Source: Candidatus Hydrogenedentota bacterium (GTDB lineage Bacteria > Hydrogenedentota > Hydrogenedentia > Hydrogenedentales > SLHB01). From it: 64,000 nt of DNA. Of the stretch, positions 52,079 to 62,241 are shown in pieces. The stretch lies in contig JACRLJ010000056.1 of NCBI GenBank assembly GCA_016215105.1, positions 2,698-66,697 of the forward strand. The letters are read 5' to 3'. The translations under genes and the position numbers were made by a program. The notes under the pieces are model-generated. The model did not search any database and was not told the origin of the DNA. It was given only the letters and a program-made list of their open reading frames with translations. The stretch's first letter is position 1, and each line of letters opens with the position of its first letter.

Positions 52079-53694
52079 GCGTTCCTGACTGCACATATCA
52101 CCTGGACGCGATTTCCGCGTTGCTGGACGCCGGACCGGGCGCTGTCTTATCCGCGGATACGTTGCGCCACATCCAGTCCTGCGCTTCCTGCCGTCGCGAG
52201 TACGAATGGCTCGTAAACGTCAGCAAGGACCTCGAGGAAATTGGCTCTTTGGCGGCCCGCCAGGCGCCGGCCGTTGACCTTACCGCCGAAGTTATGGCCC
52301 GCGTCAGCGCGATTGCCGCGCCCGCGCAGGCGCTCAAGCCGTACCGCGCCCCCAGGCGCTACATGGTGCGATACGCCGGACTCGCCGGCTTGGCGGCGGC
52401 CGCAGGAATCGCGGTCTTCTTCTGGTTTTCAGTCCGGCACGACGGAACTACGCAAGAGCCTTCCGAATTGGCCCTGAGCCAGCAGGACAACGAGGCGCGT
52501 TTCCCCCATCCGCCTTCGGAATCCGTCAGTTCTCCAGGGAACCAGCAATCCAGCCTGGATGAGCTGCAAAAAGCCATCGGCCTTCTGCACAAGTACGACG
52601 CGTCGGCGGCCTCCAAGAAGCCTGTCTTCGAGAACACCGCTCCGCCGGATCTTCACGCCTTGACTGCCTCTGAAGTGTGGGCGACTACCAGGGCGTCCGT
52701 TACCGACGCCGGGGCCCGTGACCGTCTGCGCCGCTGGGCCTCGCTCGCGCCAGAACGGGCGAAACAGGTCACCCAATCCCCTGGGGCGTCCCCAGGCGCC
52801 ATTATCGGCGCCGCAGCCTCGCTCGATCCCGCTGAGGCCGCACCGCTGTTGCTCACGGCCCTCAGTTCCTATGCCGACAGACCCGCCGCGCATATGGCTC
52901 TTTCCAAGGCCTACTTGAGCCGATTTGTGAACTTACAGGGAAATGACCCCGCCGGTTCCAGACCCGATTCCGCACCCCCGTCCGGTCTTCCTTCGGGACC
53001 TGGCTCGTCAGACGTGTCTGCCGACGCGATTGCAGCGGCGGACGATTGGATCGCGTCCGACCCCAAGAACGCTCTGCCATACTGCCTGAAGGCATTGCTC
53101 CTATTGGAACAAGCGCAACCCGATATCGAAGGCGCGCTGAAATTGCTTAGCCAAGCCAGCATGCTTCCCTCCGCAAGCGCATACGGTCTGGATTCCGCGG
53201 GATTTAACCAGGAGGCCCTCATCGCTGCCGGTATGGACCCTGAAACCGCCAAGACCTTGAGCGCGCTGACAGCCGGGCAGAGCCAGAATGATTTCCTGGT
53301 GAAGTTCAGCCAGAATCTTCTCGACAAAGCCAGGCAGAGCTTGAATCAGGGCGACCTGCAGACCGCGCGCGCCATCACCGAGGCCGTCCAACAATTGGGT
53401 TCCCAAGTCGGTACTGGCGCACAACTCTCGCAAGAGCGTCTCGCCGCCATGGAGATGCAACGTCAGGCAATCACCTTGCTAGAGACGATCTACACCGGGC
53501 TCGGCTCCACCTCGGACATCCAGCAGCTGACTCTCGACACCCAGAAACTTGCCGGCAATATGGAGAGCTTTACCAGCTTCCTGAATGACCTCGGAAACCT
53601 CTTCATTGGCGCCACAGACCAAGTGTTTGGGCTGATCACCGACATCATTCGACAAACCGGGGACCTCACGCTGTTTGACCACCTGCCAAGTTGA
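52075..53694 (+). CDS. anti-sigma factor with zf-HC2-type N-terminus, one TM and a large periplasmic domain
   Basis: ATGA-type overlap with the sigma gene. HIQSCASCRREYEW putative zinc-finger. TM helix YAGLAGLAAAAGIAVFFWF. Confidence 0.6.
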   Translation: MSVPDCTYHLDAISALLDAGPGAVLSADTLRHIQSCASCRREYEWLVNVSKDLEEIGSLAARQAPAVDLTAEVMARVSAIAAPAQALKPYRAPRRYMVRYAGLAGLAAAAGIAVFFWFSVRHDGTTQEPSELALSQQDNEARFPHPPSESVSSPGNQQSSLDELQKAIGLLHKYDASAASKKPVFENTAPPDLHALTASEVWATTRASVTDAGARDRLRRWASLAPERAKQVTQSPGASPGAIIGAAASLDPAEAAPLLLTALSSYADRPAAHMALSKAYLSRFVNLQGNDPAGSRPDSAPPSGLPSGPGSSDVSADAIAAADDWIASDPKNALPYCLKALLLLEQAQPDIEGALKLLSQASMLPSASAYGLDSAGFNQEALIAAGMDPETAKTLSALTAGQSQNDFLVKFSQNLLDKARQSLNQGDLQTARAITEAVQQLGSQVGTGAQLSQERLAAMEMQRQAITLLETIYTGLGSTSDIQQLTLDTQKLAGNMESFTSFLNDLGNLFIGATDQVFGLITDIIRQTGDLTLFDHLPS

Positions 53695-53890
53695 GCGGAA
53701 GGCAGGTACGGAAGGGGATGTTTTCCCATAGGATGTGGACGAGCAGGGTTGGCGCCACAGCCGGTATGGATTCACAACGTTTGTAAAGATGATCGGGGCG
53801 AAAACTGGGGCAGAACGACTCGAGATAGGTCCACAACGGCTAGAAACCCGTCGCGCCGGCGCCCAGAATAGAGGTAACACTATAGGGGGC

Positions 53891-53919
53891 TTGCTTTTGA
53901 GCGTGAAATAGTTCATAAT
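53891..53919 (+). promoter_or_regulatory. sigma70-like promoter TTGCTT-N17-CATAAT in AT-rich segment upstream of small-ORF operon
   Basis: Seen in sequence. The local AT-rich ~150-bp stretch contrasts with the ~60% GC surroundings. Confidence 0.4.
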
Positions 53920-54025
53920 GGGACCAGGTAGGTTTCTAAATGGGAAAATGCTTACCTTTGACTAGTAAAGGTAACTACCGGTTTTCGGTCGATCAGTCGG
54001 AAGGAGAAGGGAGGTGAAACGCCGT

Positions 54026-54178
54026 ATGAAGCATGTGAAGGTGCTGTCCAATGAAATGCCCGTTCAAGCGCAACAGACTGCGTGGGTGGAGCTGAAGAAT
54101 ATCGTCGGTGGTCTCGGATTGTCGACGCCGCGCGCCAATTGGCTCGTTGCGCAGGTTGATCAGAAGCTCCAGGGGTAA
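54026..54178 (+). CDS. small ORF 1 (50 aa) of paralogous trio, MKHVKVLSNEMP... with VELKNIVGG double-Gly-like motif
   Basis: Strong RBS GGGAGGTG 8 nt upstream. N-terminus conserved with the two downstream ORFs. Confidence 0.4.
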   Translation: MKHVKVLSNEMPVQAQQTAWVELKNIVGGLGLSTPRANWLVAQVDQKLQG

Positions 54179-54395
54179 GACCAAGTAGCCGGTAGACCAA
54201 CAGAGAATACCGGGTGCGCAATGCGGAAGGAGCCGTGGAATGATTTGGGCTCACGCCTGTTCGACCTCGCTCCTTGATTTTCCGTAAGTTACGTGTGAAT
54301 ACTTTACTGTGAAGGCATGACACGAACTCGTGGATGCCGCGCGCGTATCGTGGCGTGCAGCGGTAAGAATGCTTCTAACGAAAGGACTCAGGAAC

Positions 54396-54572
54396 ATGAA
54401 ACACGTTGCCAAGGTGACGAAAGATATTCCGGCCAGCGCCAATATCTTCCAGTGGCCTGCCCAAACCGTTGCGTCGAAGGCCGCCTACATTAACGCCCTG
54501 TTCGCTCATGTCGGCTCGCTTCGTACTGACGACACGGCCAATGGTGGGTTCTTCAATTCGCTCGTGGGGTAA
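54396..54572 (+). CDS. small ORF 2 (58 aa) of paralogous trio, MKHVAKVTKDIP...
   Basis: Shares the MKHV..K...(E/D)(M/I)PA.A(N/Q)...W N-terminal pattern. Weak RBS AGGAAC. Confidence 0.35.
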   Translation: MKHVAKVTKDIPASANIFQWPAQTVASKAAYINALFAHVGSLRTDDTANGGFFNSLVG

Positions 54573-54640
54573 TTCGGTTGTTTCCCACGTTAGGTGTGAC
54601 TCGGTAAACTAAACCTCAAATCAAGGAGGTCGTTACGACC

Positions 54641-54808
54641 ATGAAGCAGAGAATTTCCAAGAAGGAAATGCCCGCGATGGCCGCCAATTTGTTGACTTGG
54701 CCGTCGGGTATTGCCGGATTCAACGAATTTGGCGACATCGTGCTCGCCATCATCCGGTTCCTGGTGAACGCGTTTTCGTTCCTTCACCTGCCCGGAATCC
54801 CAGCCTAA
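54641..54808 (+). CDS. small ORF 3 (55 aa) of paralogous trio, MKQRISKKEMPAMAANLLTWP..., hydrophobic C-terminus
   Basis: Strong RBS AAGGAGGT. Conserved N-terminal motif. Followed by a strong terminator. Confidence 0.4.
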   Translation: MKQRISKKEMPAMAANLLTWPSGIAGFNEFGDIVLAIIRFLVNAFSFLHLPGIPA

Positions 54809-54842
54809 GTTATCGAAAGGCAATTTGCCTTCAGCGTTTGTG

Positions 54843-54885
54843 CGCAGGCTGTGACGAGTTCGTCTCTTCACAGCCTGCGCTTTTT
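54843..54885 (+). terminator. rho-independent terminator
   Basis: Perfect 13-bp stem GCGCAGGCTGTGA...TCACAGCCTGCGC followed by TTTTT. Confidence 0.75.
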
Positions 54886-54996
54886 CACGTGCCGTACCGC
54901 TCAGCGTTGTCACGATTCGTTCCCGCAACGGATTCCAGGAATCCAGCCAGGAAGTCGGCTTCATGACGCGGGCCGCTCGCCGCCTTTCGTCACCGC

Positions 54997-55974
54997 TTAC
55001 GCGCTGCCGAGCTTAGCTAGCTCCTGCTCGGCAACGCTGCGAATCTCCGGGTCCACCCCCTCCATCACGGCTAACGCCCGAAACCGCGCGGTTGCTTCGC
55101 TTCGGCGTCCCAGCGCCAATTCGATTCGCGCAAGCGCGAGATACCCGTAATGAAACGCGGGGTTGACCGCCAGGGCGTTCGTGAGAACATCCGCCGCGCC
55201 GGCCACGTCGGACGTCCGAATAAGCGCATCCGCGAGAAAGAGCGCAACTTCGGTCTTCCCGCGATCGAGAGTAAATGCCTCACGAGCCAGCCGAACTGCC
55301 TTCGGGAGATTGCCGTGCATTAATGATCGATCCGCCGCCGTCAGGAGACACTCAGCGCGGCGGTCCTGCGATCCTTCCTTGGGGCAGAAGAACGCGCCAT
55401 ACTGGCCACAGGGAAGCCCAAATAGTTCGTACTCGCACGGGTACGGCAGGAAGTCCTCCACCTGCCACTGACTGCGATGGAGTTCCCCAGGGTTTCCATG
55501 GCGTTCAGGATGGTCCCATCCACCCCCGATGGGAATATTCACGAGAAGCGCCTTCCTGGCCTTCCCATAGAGCGTTTCGAGCACGGCCTCCCCCTCCGAC
55601 TTATCCAGGTGCTCGATGACGTCACCCGTTATGATGAGGTCGTACTCATCCACGCGCGGCGCCACGTCCCGAATATCGGCGATTTGGATGGAGGTGTACA
55701 AGGCTTTCTGATGTGCGAGGATGTACGGCTCGAACAACTCGATGCCGTCAATCCGCACGCGCCAACTTGCCGGTTGGACTCGCTCGTTCATGACATCCAG
55801 ATACTCCCGGCACAAGAACCCCCAAAGGCCAAACCCGCAGCCGACGTCAAGCACGGAAGCGGGATTGAGACGGATTATCCACTGCAAGCAATGAGAAATG
55901 TGTACAGACGTGCTGACAGGCATGAGGGGAGTATACGCGCCGGGGTTCCTCAGCACAAAAGAGAAGGAGCGCAA
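54997..55974 (-). CDS. class I SAM-dependent methyltransferase fused to C-terminal TPR repeats
   Basis: LDVGCGFGLWG SAM motif and DLIITGDVIEHL. C-terminal TPR-like helices. Confidence 0.7.
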   Translation of the reverse strand: MRSFSFVLRNPGAYTPLMPVSTSVHISHCLQWIIRLNPASVLDVGCGFGLWGFLCREYLDVMNERVQPASWRVRIDGIELFEPYILAHQKALYTSIQIADIRDVAPRVDEYDLIITGDVIEHLDKSEGEAVLETLYGKARKALLVNIPIGGGWDHPERHGNPGELHRSQWQVEDFLPYPCEYELFGLPCGQYGAFFCPKEGSQDRRAECLLTAADRSLMHGNLPKAVRLAREAFTLDRGKTEVALFLADALIRTSDVAGAADVLTNALAVNPAFHYGYLALARIELALGRRSEATARFRALAVMEGVDPEIRSVAEQELAKLGSA

Positions 55975-56020
55975 GTCCCTTGGCCGGACTTGCGCTCCAA
56001 ATGCTCTCGATAGGTACAGA

Positions 56021-56680
56021 TTACTTCCGGCGCATTCTGCGAACTACCACACCGGCGATGCCCATGCCAAGCAGCACCATCGAAGTGGGTTCCGGTATGA
56101 CGCGCGTGAACGTAACTACCAAGTCATTGTAGTCGCTGTCGTAGTTCGGGTCCGGACCGGAGCCAAACAACGGCAGGTCTTCCCACGCAAGCAATACCGT
56201 ATCAGGATTGCCAGTCGCAAGCGCGATCATGTGATCCTGACTTCCCGGATTCAGCGCGCTCTCCGAGTACCACGTCTGCGTGCCATTGTAGCCCGTAGAC
56301 GTCAGGTAGAACCCGAAGGGCCCGGCGATGGCCGGAACCAGCGTGGACACGGGGCCGTCCGACGGCAGAACCGTAAAGATCGGCGTCAGAGAACTCGGAG
56401 CGCCTACCGGCTGGTAGAAGCCCAGCGTCTCCGTGTTACCAGCGAAATGCACCGTCGCAATAAACTGCCCGGACGTAAGCAACGTCCAGACCTCGTCCGG
56501 CGACACTTGCGGAATTAGGTTGCTGTCAGCTCCGACAGGACCATAACCCAGCGAGTTGTAGATCTGCCACAGGTCTTGCTCCGCAACCGGATTTGCGCCG
56601 TCGTTAATTACGGTCGCCATCGCCGGCGTCATCGCGAACACAATCGCCGCAGCCAAACTCAATACCTTCCAAACTTTCAT
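56021..56680 (-). CDS. PEP-CTERM sorting-domain protein (exosortase substrate)
   Basis: Signal peptide, then C-terminal VIPEPTSMVLLGMGIAGVVVRRMRRK (PEP motif + TM + Arg-rich tail). Confidence 0.75.
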   Translation of the reverse strand: MKVWKVLSLAAAIVFAMTPAMATVINDGANPVAEQDLWQIYNSLGYGPVGADSNLIPQVSPDEVWTLLTSGQFIATVHFAGNTETLGFYQPVGAPSSLTPIFTVLPSDGPVSTLVPAIAGPFGFYLTSTGYNGTQTWYSESALNPGSQDHMIALATGNPDTVLLAWEDLPLFGSGPDPNYDSDYNDLVVTFTRVIPEPTSMVLLGMGIAGVVVRRMRRK

Positions 56681-57651
56681 GTTGTTTCTTCCTCCTCTAC
56701 GTTTGTACGCCATCAGAACTACCTCAAAATCCCACGAGTCTCAGCGATTGGAACCATACCGCTCTGCCTCACCCGCGAATCACCGTACCATCCACAGCGC
56801 CACTCCAACGAGACTACTTCTCAACCGCATCATCGCCGATTGCCGTGATGATAGCTTTGAGCAGCTATCGTGCCAATGAACGATAACGCACTTAACCCAT
56901 TATTAGGTAAAATGTTACGCCACGTTCGCCAGGACCAAAAAACGAGTTGATCACATCCAACCTGCTATTAGTTGGTCAGAGGTGACTACTTTTTGTCGGG
57001 TGCTGCGGGCCTCGACGGGCTACTACGGGAAAGCACCAGCTCGTATCCGAGTGATGCCGGGAAACCGCTCTCGAATTCGTGAATTGTTTGCTGTGCGCGA
57101 GCAGCTTTTGCGCGGAGCCCGTAACTGGCAGGAACAAGCTCTCGAACCTACCGAGCAGCGAAGCTGGAGCCAGGTTCTCGGCCCTGGACACGGGGATAGC
57201 GGAAGTGGGAAGTATCGCGGCTGATATTGGACACCGCAAAGGGAGCACCGGGCGGCATCCCGTTGATTCCGCCCGGCGCTTCGCATGTCTGGCGCTAATC
57301 ACGAAACACAAACGTCTCGCAGCCTGAATACTGAATGCGAGCCTGCTCTACCCGCCGCCGTAGATGTGGAGGCTGACGAAGTAGAACTTACGTTGTTGTG
57401 TTCTTGTGAAAAAAAGCAGTCGTGTCAATTCCGAGCAGTCGCGCCGCCGCTTGAATCACGTTAATCACCTGGAGAACGATGTCGAGCATCTGTTCAATGT
57501 TCGTCGCAGATTGTGGTTTCACTCGGGTTACCGTTCGGATGTGCATACCTTTTTCTCCTTAAGGCAGTTAAGCCGCAATCCCAAGGCCGCGTGTGCTGCT
57601 TTCTTGTCAGCAACACCTCTGCGTCCCATGCAGTTGACGCCGACAAAGAAG

Positions 57652-60600
57652 TTACCCGGCCAGCGCCGCATTGATCACCAATTGTACATCCACTGCGTCC
57701 GTGTTACCGCTGCCGTTCATGTCGGTATTATACGCAACCGCTAGACCAAGCGCACCATTTATCACCAACTGCACATCCACCGCGTCCACATGCCCGCTGC
57801 CGTCTACGTCTCCGAGATGACCCGAAGCCACGTATTGGGCCGTGAGAGATAGGTTGCCCGTAAGCGTGATCGATCGTGCGGCGCTCGTGACACCATCCGA
57901 CCAGCGGCTCCAGATATAGCCGGTAATCGCTTGCGGAACGCTGACGGAGTGGGCCACGTTCCGTGTCAGCACGAGCGCCTGAGGCAGGTCGTACACGGTT
58001 CCGTCGATCGTTGCCTTAACCCCCGCCTGATTTGCGGATAAATTCAGCGTGGCTGTCGGCGTGCCGGTAGGTGTCATGAACAGCGTCGCCGTTTCGATCT
58101 GATTGTTCACGACCACCGACTGCGAAGCAGACTGAAACCCCGTCATCGTCGCGGTGACGGAGTACGTCTCGTCGTTTGTGCAAACGAACTGCGCCACGCC
58201 GTCACTCGAGGTCACGTTGTTAAATGGGCTTCCTGGCCCGCTCGCTTGCACCGCCGCGCCTCCGATTGGCGTATTGGTCCCAGCCTGCAACACACTCACC
58301 ACCAGTGACGGCGGTATGATCCCGCCTGTCCCGACCGCAATGATGACCAAGTACGACGTGCCCGCGCCAAACGCGTTGTTCGCGTTGGTAATCCTCAGCA
58401 GGTATTGCTCGCTGGTTCCGAACGACTGCGTGAACTCCACTTCTTGCCCCGGATTCGAACTCGTCACATCGCGCACCGGCGCCGCGCTCGGGTTCCCATC
58501 GAGGGTTGATTTCTTGTACAAGCGCGCCCGCGGCTGACAATTCGGCCCCTCCGGAAGCACCGCAATCGTGGCCGAATTATTCGCCGGGGCCATGAAGCGT
58601 ATCCAATCGGTATCACCCGATACGTGAAAGTTGTGGCCCTGGGAAAGATTAATAGGCAGCCACTTCGCGCTGTCCGATGTGTTGTCGGTCTCCCAGGCGT
58701 CGGGCGTGTTGATACGATCCACTGCGCCAATGCGCGGCGACGCATAATAGCGGCCAAGCGCCTTCACGTAGTATTGGACGCGATAGAGTCCGCCCTGCGT
58801 AAACCCGGTGTACGGCGCCTGCCAGCGTTTCAGAGTGTCGTTGTACGTGAAATCCACCCACGCCAGACCGGTGAGCGGTTGTTCGTCGTCCGTGCTCGAC
58901 GCCGCCCGGCCCAAATTCGGCGGAACAATCAATGCGCCCGCCGCCTCAACCGGAAAACTGGACACGACGTCCGACAGCCACAACGTGGCGGTATTCGATG
59001 AAATAGGCTGGTTCGGCACCACTTCGCCGATATACACCCCCGAACTGGGCTGAACGAAGTCCGCTCCCGCCCGCGACGAATCGGCCAGCAGACCGTCATT
59101 TGCCTCGTCCGCAATCCCGTTGCCACTGTCATCAATCTGTGGTTGCTGTAGCGGGTTGATTGATCCGATGGCGACCCGCGCGGTGTCAAAAGCGCGGCCG
59201 TACGCGCCGCCGGTGTAGATCTCCTGCCAGAACGGCAGCGAGAAACTCAGCGCGCGGACTTGGTCAAACAACGCAACGCCCTTGGTCGGTCCGACGCCCG
59301 ACCCCGTAATGGTGATGCGCTGAGCCCCTGCCGCCTTCATACCCTTGAGAAGCGCCAAGTGAGGTATGAACGACCCGGCTTCGCACATATCAATTACCGT
59401 CGTCACGGTGGAATTGGGCGTCGAGGACTGAAGCTGATTCACCCAATCCGCGTACGTCGACGCCTCCAGATAGTCCACCGCGTTAATGCGAAAGCGGTTG
59501 CGCTGCCCGTGGTCCACCAGATAGACCAGCAGTCGCTGCGATCCGTTGGCCCACGTGACGATCGATTGCTGCAAGCCCGCCAGCGTGCGGTCCGCATAAA
59601 CGTCGTTTGCCCCATCACCGTTCGCGTCCAAAGTGCCCGACGCAAAAAGTCGAATGTATTGCTTCTGCAAGCCTTGCAAGAGCAGCGTCGAGTACGCCGT
59701 CTTCGCCAGATCGCGAAATGTCGGATACAGGGGATCGTCCGCCGCGCCCCCAATCAGAATGATCGCCTTGGACTCACTCCCCACCGTCGGCAGCACCTCA
59801 ACGTAAATGCGGTAGTTCGTGGTCGCGTTCGTGCTTTGAATGATATCCACCACCTGCGAGGTCGGACCGGCGGTATAGACGCCGCCCGTGAGGTCTCCGC
59901 CACTTGCGTCCAGAACGTATTGGTAATTGGGAAGTGTTCCGCCAATGTAATAGCGCCAAGTCTGGCCGGAAACCACGCGCGTCTGCCAGTAGTTTAGCCC
60001 CGTGTCGCTACCGTTCCGGTAGAACCGGAGATACGGGTAACGGTTCAAGTTCAAGTCGGGCTCCGCCGGGTCGTAGTACTGGTGCCCGATGAACAAATCG
60101 TCGTCCCCGTCCGTGTCGACATCGGCGAACGCAATCATGCGCGCATGGTACTTGTCGTTATTGAACGGCGCATCCAAACGTCCCGAGTATGGAAAGTAAT
60201 ACTTTTCATCACCATACGAATCGATGTACGTCGTATTGCGGTAATAGTGCTGCGAACATTCCAGGTAATTCTCGGCATCGGACAGGGTCAGCACGAGGTC
60301 CGGCCGTCCATCATTATCCAAGTCGGTCGCCGCCATGCTCTCGATACGATTCAATTCCAGGGGCTGGCCCAGCTCGTCATGCAGCAGCGTGCTAATATCG
60401 ATCGCGGTATTCCACGAAAAATAACTGCTGCCCTGCATGATGAAGAAGAGCCGGCCGCCGCTGGCTGTCGCAAACGCAGTGATGATCTGATGTTTGGGAC
60501 TTCCCGCCGTTTGACTGAAGTTTCCGATCGCCAATCCCCGCGGCTCGATACCCGATTCGCCGGCGAGCGCCGAACTCCACAAAGACCCGACATCCGCGTT

Positions 60601-62046
60601 GAAGTTTGTGAACGTCGGAAGACTTCCCGATATGAACGGCGCGTAAGCCTGATAGGCCCAGATCGCCCCGGCCTGACGCTGCTCGAGAAAGTCCGCGTAC
60701 CCGTCCAGATTGAAGTCGTCAAAAACTATCGCATCTTGGCGGAAACCATTCGCCGCGCCGCCGATATCCATCGTCACGCTGTTGATAACCGAGTAGTCTC
60801 CCCAAACTGGCTCGTAAGGCGTTCCCTCATTCTCGAAAAGCAATAGTGCTCCATAGACGTTTCCCCCCATACCGGTCGTGAACATATCCAGGTCGCCATC
60901 ACCATCGTAGTCCCAGAACGCCGGCGCGCCTTGCCCAGTCTCGTACGCCACGGTATTTTGCTGGACTATTTCGTAGGCGTGCTGGACATTGTTGAACCGC
61001 CACGTGAGTAACCGTCCGCGAATGGACACATAGAAGTCCGGATTGAACGCGCCAGACCGCACCGCGAAAGACCCGAAAATGCGGCCCAAATTGTCCGGTT
61101 GCGTGTAGGGCCGCGTCCCATCGCCATTGATTTCGGAGTCCCATACCGGAATCGTCGCCCATCCCAAATTACGCACCCAGTCCACCCCGCGCTCGGTGTC
61201 ATAAAACAAAAAGTCCATGTCGCCGTCTTCATCCCAATCCGCGAACTCGAAATCGAACACCCGCGGATCGTACGCGGATTTTTGACGTCTCAGCGCCTGT
61301 TCCTTCGGCGTCAGCCATGGCGTGAACGGCGAGCCCTGTTCGCTCTTGGAAAGCAGGTACCGCGGCGGCATCAGATCGGACAGTTCTGTGATTTGTTCAG
61401 GGGCGCTCCAAACCGGCACCGTATTCGTTCCGATATTCTTCATCTTGTACAGACGGTGACTGCGAACGGAAGTCTCCATGTGGAACTCGATGAAGCACAA
61501 GTCCTTCAGGGCGTCCCCGTCGATATCAACGCAATTGATAGGCCCCAACGAGGTGATGCTCAGCGCGCTCGTGTAGATCGTCACCGGGCTTGCGAACGCC
61601 GGCGAATCTGCCGGCCCCGCGTTCGTGTACAAGACAATCGACGTGTGGCCGGTACCGAAATCGTCTATCCCCACAAGGAAGTCCGGACGTCCGTCACCGT
61701 TCACATCCGCGAAGTCCATATACCGGTTGAAACACTTGCCCGCGCCTGGCGCAGGAATGTTCAAGTCCCGCGGGCCGCCAGGGTAGAACGAGCGGCTGCT
61801 TCCCAGGTTGCGCATGATTTGTGGAGCAGACCGAAAAGCAGGAAGGACAATATCGTTATCGCCGTCCATATCAATATCGACAACAGTTACCCCGGAACTT
61901 CGGAATGCCGGACCGTAAACATACCCATCCCCGTAGATCGTCCTGCCCCAAAGCTCATGCGTGAAATCAGGTGGCGTGACCGCGCCGCTAACCGCCGATA
62001 CCGTCAGCGTTACGACTACGGCCACCCCAAACTCAAGACGTTTCAT
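57652..62046 (-). CDS. giant secreted FG-GAP/VCBS-repeat protein with C-terminal carboxypeptidase-regulatory-like domain and dockerin-like pair
   Basis: Multiple DxDxDG calcium-binding FG-GAP repeats (DIDMDGDNDIV, WDYDGDGDLDMF, ADVDTDGDDDLFIG). Signal peptide. C-terminus VDAVDVQLVINGALG...TDAVDVQLVINAALAG. Confidence 0.8.
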   Translation of the reverse strand: MKRLEFGVAVVVTLTVSAVSGAVTPPDFTHELWGRTIYGDGYVYGPAFRSSGVTVVDIDMDGDNDIVLPAFRSAPQIMRNLGSSRSFYPGGPRDLNIPAPGAGKCFNRYMDFADVNGDGRPDFLVGIDDFGTGHTSIVLYTNAGPADSPAFASPVTIYTSALSITSLGPINCVDIDGDALKDLCFIEFHMETSVRSHRLYKMKNIGTNTVPVWSAPEQITELSDLMPPRYLLSKSEQGSPFTPWLTPKEQALRRQKSAYDPRVFDFEFADWDEDGDMDFLFYDTERGVDWVRNLGWATIPVWDSEINGDGTRPYTQPDNLGRIFGSFAVRSGAFNPDFYVSIRGRLLTWRFNNVQHAYEIVQQNTVAYETGQGAPAFWDYDGDGDLDMFTTGMGGNVYGALLLFENEGTPYEPVWGDYSVINSVTMDIGGAANGFRQDAIVFDDFNLDGYADFLEQRQAGAIWAYQAYAPFISGSLPTFTNFNADVGSLWSSALAGESGIEPRGLAIGNFSQTAGSPKHQIITAFATASGGRLFFIMQGSSYFSWNTAIDISTLLHDELGQPLELNRIESMAATDLDNDGRPDLVLTLSDAENYLECSQHYYRNTTYIDSYGDEKYYFPYSGRLDAPFNNDKYHARMIAFADVDTDGDDDLFIGHQYYDPAEPDLNLNRYPYLRFYRNGSDTGLNYWQTRVVSGQTWRYYIGGTLPNYQYVLDASGGDLTGGVYTAGPTSQVVDIIQSTNATTNYRIYVEVLPTVGSESKAIILIGGAADDPLYPTFRDLAKTAYSTLLLQGLQKQYIRLFASGTLDANGDGANDVYADRTLAGLQQSIVTWANGSQRLLVYLVDHGQRNRFRINAVDYLEASTYADWVNQLQSSTPNSTVTTVIDMCEAGSFIPHLALLKGMKAAGAQRITITGSGVGPTKGVALFDQVRALSFSLPFWQEIYTGGAYGRAFDTARVAIGSINPLQQPQIDDSGNGIADEANDGLLADSSRAGADFVQPSSGVYIGEVVPNQPISSNTATLWLSDVVSSFPVEAAGALIVPPNLGRAASSTDDEQPLTGLAWVDFTYNDTLKRWQAPYTGFTQGGLYRVQYYVKALGRYYASPRIGAVDRINTPDAWETDNTSDSAKWLPINLSQGHNFHVSGDTDWIRFMAPANNSATIAVLPEGPNCQPRARLYKKSTLDGNPSAAPVRDVTSSNPGQEVEFTQSFGTSEQYLLRITNANNAFGAGTSYLVIIAVGTGGIIPPSLVVSVLQAGTNTPIGGAAVQASGPGSPFNNVTSSDGVAQFVCTNDETYSVTATMTGFQSASQSVVVNNQIETATLFMTPTGTPTATLNLSANQAGVKATIDGTVYDLPQALVLTRNVAHSVSVPQAITGYIWSRWSDGVTSAARSITLTGNLSLTAQYVASGHLGDVDGSGHVDAVDVQLVINGALGLAVAYNTDMNGSGNTDAVDVQLVINAALAG

Positions 62047-62241
62047 AACTGCGCGTAAACCTTCGCCTTGCGGCGTGATCCGTCTGTTCCCATTCCCCGT
62101 GGCCACACGACGGAATCCCCGCGACCCGTCATGGTTCTGACCACAACACATCATTACTCATTATAGCATTGCCCACCTCGCGTTGCGTCCCCGTTCGTGT
62201 GAACTTGCCCCGAGCCATCGAAATGCGTATCCTATGCCCGC

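Noticed and set aside
56940-57340. Possible structured ncRNA (RNase P / tmRNA / SRP) in the long intergenic region
   Set aside because: Conserved P4/P10-12 RNase P motifs, the tmRNA tRNA-like 3' end and the SRP domain IV motif are all absent on either strand. Kept only as a low-interest region.
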